From an uncultured Akkermansia sp. (GTDB lineage: Bacteria; Verrucomicrobiota; Verrucomicrobiia; Verrucomicrobiales; Akkermansiaceae): a stretch of DNA of 64,000 nt. Of this stretch, positions 59,421 through 64,000 are shown one piece after another. The stretch is taken from assembly GCA_944390825.1 (NCBI GenBank), contig CALXRG010000007.1:35245-99244 (forward strand), in the 5' to 3' direction. Numbering within the stretch: position 1 is the first letter of the stretch; each line of letters begins with the position of its first letter. Position numbers and translations under genes: made by a program. Under the pieces are notes generated by a model. That model was not told the origin of the DNA and searched no databases. It saw only the letters and a list, made by a program, of their open reading frames with translations.

Positions 59421-60404
59421 TCAACGCATGAGGGACACCGCATTAGGGGCATCGCATGAGGGGCGGGGTTTGCCCTTGGTCGCAGACGCGCCTTTCTTTT
59501 GCTCCCAATCGCTGATGAGTTTTTGCCAGTCCTCCAGGTAGAAGGTCTGGATTTTGCGGACGATGCAGTTGCCCTTGGCGTCTACCAACGTGATGGAAAA
59601 GCCAACGCTTTCATCAAAGCCCGGGAGGCGGCGGGCTTCTTTCCTGTCGATGGCAGGGAAGTTGTTGCTTGCGTTCAGGAAGGTGTTGGTGACGTCGTCT
59701 TCCTCAAGGTCCCAGCAGCAGAGAATGACGTCGGTGCGGGCTTTGCGCAGCTGTTCCTGTTCCTGCCAGTAACGTTCGGCGCCGTCCATCACGGCTGCCC
59801 ACTGCGGAGAGCCGCTGATGTAGATGAAGTACCGGGAGTTTTTGGCGGGTTTGCCACGCAGCAGTTTGCTTTTTTTGAGCTTGGAGAGGACGCTGCCTTT
59901 GGGGGTGGCTTTGGGTTTGGCATTCGCCAGACGGGCCCAGTGTTCGAGTGCCTCCGGATCATCACTGGCGAGCAGTTTTCCCTGACGGTTTACCACCAGC
60001 AGGTAGGGCGAGGTTATGGAAGGAACGTAGCCAGGCAGCTTGGCGGCTTGGTCCAGGGCCACCAGCGGCATGGTGCAGTGATTCATTTCATAGTCTTTGA
60101 GGGCGTCATCTGTCCTCTTGTTGATGCAGCACAGGATGAGCTCTGCACCGGCTCCCTGGATTTTGGGGTATTCTTCCCGGCACTTGGCCATGAGCCGGTC
60201 CGAGATGGTGCCGCCCATATACAGGCGCAGGTAGAAGTACACGCTGGCATCGGGGTTGATGGTGCCTGCCAGGGGCTTGATGGTGGTGATGGTCCGGGCG
60301 GTGGCATCGGGTTCTTTCTCCTGGTCGGCCCATGCGGGGGAGAGCGCCAGGCACAGACAGGCCGCCGCCAGTATGGTAGCAGATCGTGAAATGAGTTTGA
60401 ACAT
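59421..60404 (-). CDS. Secreted protein with two degenerate thioredoxin-like domains (no CxxC)
   Basis: Signal peptide ending AWA; two internally similar units (YF/Y-x-Y...ELILCC / DVILCC...AKLPG / RRLPG...LLVVNRQGK / TLVDAKGN). Confidence 0.6.
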   Translation of the reverse strand: MFKLISRSATILAAACLCLALSPAWADQEKEPDATARTITTIKPLAGTINPDASVYFYLRLYMGGTISDRLMAKCREEYPKIQGAGAELILCCINKRTDDALKDYEMNHCTMPLVALDQAAKLPGYVPSITSPYLLVVNRQGKLLASDDPEALEHWARLANAKPKATPKGSVLSKLKKSKLLRGKPAKNSRYFIYISGSPQWAAVMDGAERYWQEQEQLRKARTDVILCCWDLEEDDVTNTFLNASNNFPAIDRKEARRLPGFDESVGFSITLVDAKGNCIVRKIQTFYLEDWQKLISDWEQKKGASATKGKPRPSCDAPNAVSLMR

Positions 60405-60771
60405 AGGTGTCAGAAGATCATCTGCCTAGCACTTTAAAGCAACACACCCGGCTGGTCAATCAGAAAAAACAGGAAAGCTTGAGGTCAGGAGCAAAGCAAA
60501 GCTGCGTTCACCCCACCGGGGGGACGCACTATGGCGCAGAGTCTTGCTTCCACCCCGTGTATGGGAGTGGGGCGGTATTACGGGCTCGCTGATTGTCACA
60601 GCATGCTGGAGAAAACGTGCTGGAATGCGGTGCAGAATCCCTGCTGCCCGGTACAAACGTCTGCTGCCCGGTACAAACAGCCGCCTCCGCCCGGTTGCAG
60701 GTGGGCGGAGGCGGAACGGGATGAGGGTGGGCAGCGTCGGGATGAAGTCCCGGGAGCAATATAGCGGGCGG

Positions 60772-62367
60772 CTACATGCCGGTCTGGTAGAGGGCGCGGT
60801 TGTTGTTCGCCGGGTCGAGAATGGCGAAGGCTTCGCGGTGGATGGAGGGATCGCTGCGGAAAATGAGCCGGCCGGCGCACTGGCGCTCAAGTTCCATGAG
60901 CAGTTTCGCATCTTCGTTCTTGAAGCGGGAGAGAACGTCGCTGTTGACCACGACAATCATGTCGCCCACGCTGTCGCGGTAACGCATGATCGTGGCTTTG
61001 AGCTGGCGCTGAATCTCCACGCTCATGGTCATGACGCTCTTGATGCGTCCGCGGCCATGACAGTACGGGCAGTGATCGTTAACGTAGTCAAGCAGGGACT
61101 CATTGATGCGCTGGCGCGTCATTTCCATGAGGCCGATGGGCGTGATCTGCATGACCTGGGTCTTCGCTTTATCCCGCTTGAGGGCATCCTTCATGGCTTT
61201 GTAGACGGCGAGCTGGTCCTTGCGGTGCCGCATGTCGATGAAGTCGACGACGACGAGGCCGCCGATGTTGCGCAGACGCAGCTGACGCGCAATTTCGCGG
61301 GCGGATTCGAGGTTGGTTTCCAGGATGGTTTTGTCGAGGTCTTTGTTGCCCTTGTTGCGCCCGGTATTGATGTCGATGGCGATGAGGGCTTCTGTTTCAT
61401 CGATGACGAGGTAACCGCCGCAGGGCAGCAGGACCTGGCGCTGGAAGGCTTCGTTGATCTGTTTTTCGATGCCGAGCTCTTCGAAGATAGGCTGGCGGCA
61501 GGGCAGGTGCATGATGTGGCGCTTGGAGCGGCGCGAGATCTTGCCGGCGATGTCCTGCATGCGCTGGGTGGTTTCAAGGCTGTCGCATACGATGTTGTCG
61601 ACGTTATCGGTGAGGAAATCCCGCGCGGTGCGCTCGATGAGATCCGGCTCGCGGTAAACGCAGACGGGGCCCTGCTGGCTGGCGAACTTTTCCTCCACCT
61701 CGCGCCACTGGGTCAGCAGCATGGCGAGGTCGCGCACGAAGTGGCGGAAGCGCTGCCCCTGCGCAACGGTGCGCATGATGATGCCCATACCCTCAGGAAC
61801 ATTGAGCTTCTGGACAATCTGGCGCAGGCGCTGGCGCTCTTTCGGGTCGTCGATCTTGCGCGAAATGCCGAATTGGTCCGTGAAGGGCATCAGCACGATG
61901 TAGCGTCCCGCCAATGAGATGTTGGTGGTGACGCGGGGGCCTTTCGAGCTGATGGGGCCCTTGGTGACCTGTACCATGATCTCGGAGCCGATGGGGTAGA
62001 TCTCCGGGATGTCTTTGCTGGTGATTTTTTTCTGTTGTTTGCGCGGGCGGCCTTCTTTCTGGATTTCTTCCAGCGAAGAGTCCAGGGCCAGGGGCAGCGC
62101 ATCCCAGAAGTGCAGGAAGGCGTTCTTCTCATAGCCGATGTCGACAAACATGGCTTTGAGGCCGGGTTCGATATTCTTGACGCGGCCCTTGAAGATGCCG
62201 CCCACGATGTTGTCTTCGCCTTCGCGCTCGATGCTGTATTCCTCCAGCACGCCGTCTTCCAGCAGGGCAACGCGGCGTTCGAGCTTCTCAGCGTTGATGA
62301 CAATCGTCGTGCCTTCCTTCGGGTTGCATTGGCCCAGCCCGAAGAAGCGTTTGACTGTGTTGATCAT
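60772..62367 (-). CDS. Rne/Rng family ribonuclease (RNase E/G catalytic type, short form)
   Basis: IFKGRVKNIEPGLKAMFVDIG (S1 domain), GISRKI, IDINTG, RLRNIGGLVVVDFIDM, CPYCHGRG. Confidence 0.95.
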   Translation of the reverse strand: MINTVKRFFGLGQCNPKEGTTIVINAEKLERRVALLEDGVLEEYSIEREGEDNIVGGIFKGRVKNIEPGLKAMFVDIGYEKNAFLHFWDALPLALDSSLEEIQKEGRPRKQQKKITSKDIPEIYPIGSEIMVQVTKGPISSKGPRVTTNISLAGRYIVLMPFTDQFGISRKIDDPKERQRLRQIVQKLNVPEGMGIIMRTVAQGQRFRHFVRDLAMLLTQWREVEEKFASQQGPVCVYREPDLIERTARDFLTDNVDNIVCDSLETTQRMQDIAGKISRRSKRHIMHLPCRQPIFEELGIEKQINEAFQRQVLLPCGGYLVIDETEALIAIDINTGRNKGNKDLDKTILETNLESAREIARQLRLRNIGGLVVVDFIDMRHRKDQLAVYKAMKDALKRDKAKTQVMQITPIGLMEMTRQRINESLLDYVNDHCPYCHGRGRIKSVMTMSVEIQRQLKATIMRYRDSVGDMIVVVNSDVLSRFKNEDAKLLMELERQCAGRLIFRSDPSIHREAFAILDPANNNRALYQTGM

Positions 62368-62590
62368 TTTAGAAAGTAGTGACAAGGTGTTAGATGATGG
62401 TTTGAGTGTTGCCTGGAGTGGGGGACTCGGGAAACTCATGCTCACGGTTGCTCACCTTGGGTGCCGGTCTGTGCACTGACCGGCTCTGCACGGGAGGTAC
62501 TCCGGCAGGAGCCGGTCTAGGCCTTGTACGATTGGGTACGCGGAGCAGCTGTGCACGTGTCGCGCCGGACAGGCGGGCAGGTGGTGTGCA

Positions 62591-63613
62591 TCAGTCTTCT
62601 TCTTCAAAGACCCGGGAGTTTTCCTGGAGGAACTTGCCCGTGCCTTCGGCGACGGCGCTCAGGGGGTCATCCGCGATGGTGATGGGCAGGCTTGTTTCCT
62701 CATGCAGGCGGTCGCTCAGGCCACGCAGTAATGCTCCGCCGCCGGCAACCATGATGCCGCGGTCGTACAGGTCGCTCGCCAGCTCCGGAGGGCAGTGATC
62801 CAGGGTCCGGCGAATGGCGTTGACGATGATTTCCAGCTTGTTTTCCAGAGCCTCACGGATCTCCTCCGAGCGCACGGTAACGGTCTTGGGCAGGCCGGTG
62901 CCGCGGTCGCGGCCCTTGACGTCCATCTGCAGTTCCTGCTGCAGGGGGTGGGCGGAGCCGACGGTGATTTTGATTTCTTCGGCCGTACGGGGACCGACGA
63001 GGAGGTTGTGGGCGGCGAGCATGTGACGCACGATGGTCTCGTCCAGTGCGTCGCCACCGCAGTTTTCGGATTCGCTGTAGACGATGCCGGAAAGGGAGAT
63101 GATGGCTACTTCCGTGGTGCCGCCGCCGATGTCAACAATCATGCTGCCGATGGGCTCGGAGACGGGCAGGCCTACGCCGATGGCGGCTGCCATGGGTTCT
63201 TCAATGAGGCGCACTGAGATAGCACCGGCTTCTTCAGCGGCTTCGACGATGGCGCGACGCTCGACCTCCGTGATGCCGGAGGGATGCGCAATGAGCACGC
63301 GCGGCCCGCGCAGAGAACGCCGGCGGCATGCTTTGCGGATGAAGTAGTTGAGCATGTTCTGCGCAACGACAAAATCCGCGATGACTCCGTCTTTGAGCGG
63401 ACGGATGGCTACGACGCTGCCCGGCGTGCGGCCGACCATGCGTTTGGCTTCTTCGCCCACGGCCTGTACCTTGTCGCCTTTCATGGCGACGACGGAAGGC
63501 TCGCGCAGCACAATACCCTGATCCTTGACATACACAAGGGTATTGGCCGTGCCCAGGTCGATTCCTATGTCATAGGAGAAGAACCCGGCAAGCTTTTTAA
63601 AAAAGGTTGTCAT
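62591..63613 (-). CDS. mreB: Rod shape-determining protein MreB
   Basis: IGIDLGTANT, EPSVVA, RPLKDGVIAD, EEPMAAAIG, DIGGGTTE, GGGALL. Confidence 0.97.
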   Translation of the reverse strand: MTTFFKKLAGFFSYDIGIDLGTANTLVYVKDQGIVLREPSVVAMKGDKVQAVGEEAKRMVGRTPGSVVAIRPLKDGVIADFVVAQNMLNYFIRKACRRRSLRGPRVLIAHPSGITEVERRAIVEAAEEAGAISVRLIEEPMAAAIGVGLPVSEPIGSMIVDIGGGTTEVAIISLSGIVYSESENCGGDALDETIVRHMLAAHNLLVGPRTAEEIKITVGSAHPLQQELQMDVKGRDRGTGLPKTVTVRSEEIREALENKLEIIVNAIRRTLDHCPPELASDLYDRGIMVAGGGALLRGLSDRLHEETSLPITIADDPLSAVAEGTGKFLQENSRVFEEED

Positions 63614-63745
63614 TGTTGAAAGTAAGTGGTTTGTGGCTGAGTGCGTGCGGGTGCAGGCGGGGTCCTCCTTTTCAGGGGAGGGACTCCATGGTGCCTGGCT
63701 ATCCGAGCACGCGCGATGGTGCGGGTGCATCGCACACCCGTGGGG

Positions 63746-63774
63746 AGTATAGGGAGGGCCTTATGCTGTGTCAA
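63746..63774 (-). promoter_or_regulatory. sigma70-like promoter of mreB(-rne)
   Basis: Minus strand TTGACA-17-TATACT; implies a leader of about 125 nt. Confidence 0.8.
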
Positions 63775-64000
63775 GCAAAATCTGGAATTGCCGGCTCTTG
63801 CACACCGCATCAAAATATAACGCACCCAAGGGCTCTTCAGGTGAAAAATCGTAAAAGTCTTTTATGATTATTTATACAGTCGTTTTATATTAATACTCGA
63901 GATCACCGTGGACAATCGTACGAAGGAGATGGGATGATTCTTACATCTGTTCATGCATGCATTCATTCGTGTATCGATCTTCGCGTATTTATTTGTTCTT

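Overview
A mostly housekeeping, GC-rich chromosomal window. The gene repertoire and style (GYF-like N-terminal domains, tandem thioredoxin-like secreted protein, PEP-CTERM-passenger-like protein, split purS-like/purL/purQ) suggest an Akkermansia-like Verrucomicrobiota genome; this is inference. About 51 CDSs are supportable: metY (partial), PBP2, M16 peptidase, gmhB, lpxB, carB, a CoA-transferase, dnaX-ybaB, a MacAB-like ABC cassette, purC-purS-like-purL-purQ, rlpA, argS, ribD, ispB-like, cysE, a sugar-porter MFS, dedA, rne/rng and mreB. A 6S RNA is transcribed divergently from argS. I found no transposase, integrase, phage, CRISPR, rRNA or tRNA, and no recognisable defence system. The strongest non-coding signal is a probable chromosomal replication origin. 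Four parS-type 16-bp palindromes (42486, 43530, 45372, 47034) lead up to an AT-rich intergenic segment (47757-48002) with two perfect DnaA boxes, several near-matches and an AT-rich inverted repeat, yet no dnaA, dnaN or parAB lies in the window. Two window-wide patterns also stand out. At least 13 genes have a sigma70-like -35/-10 pair ending only 6-9 nt before the start codon, which predicts leaderless mRNAs. Many intergenic spacers carry their own unique 15-26-bp tandem duplication. There is also a cluster of three secreted low-complexity proteins (EF-hand/collagen-like and Pro-rich) and several proteins with odd architectures. All motif calls were made by eye, with no database searches.
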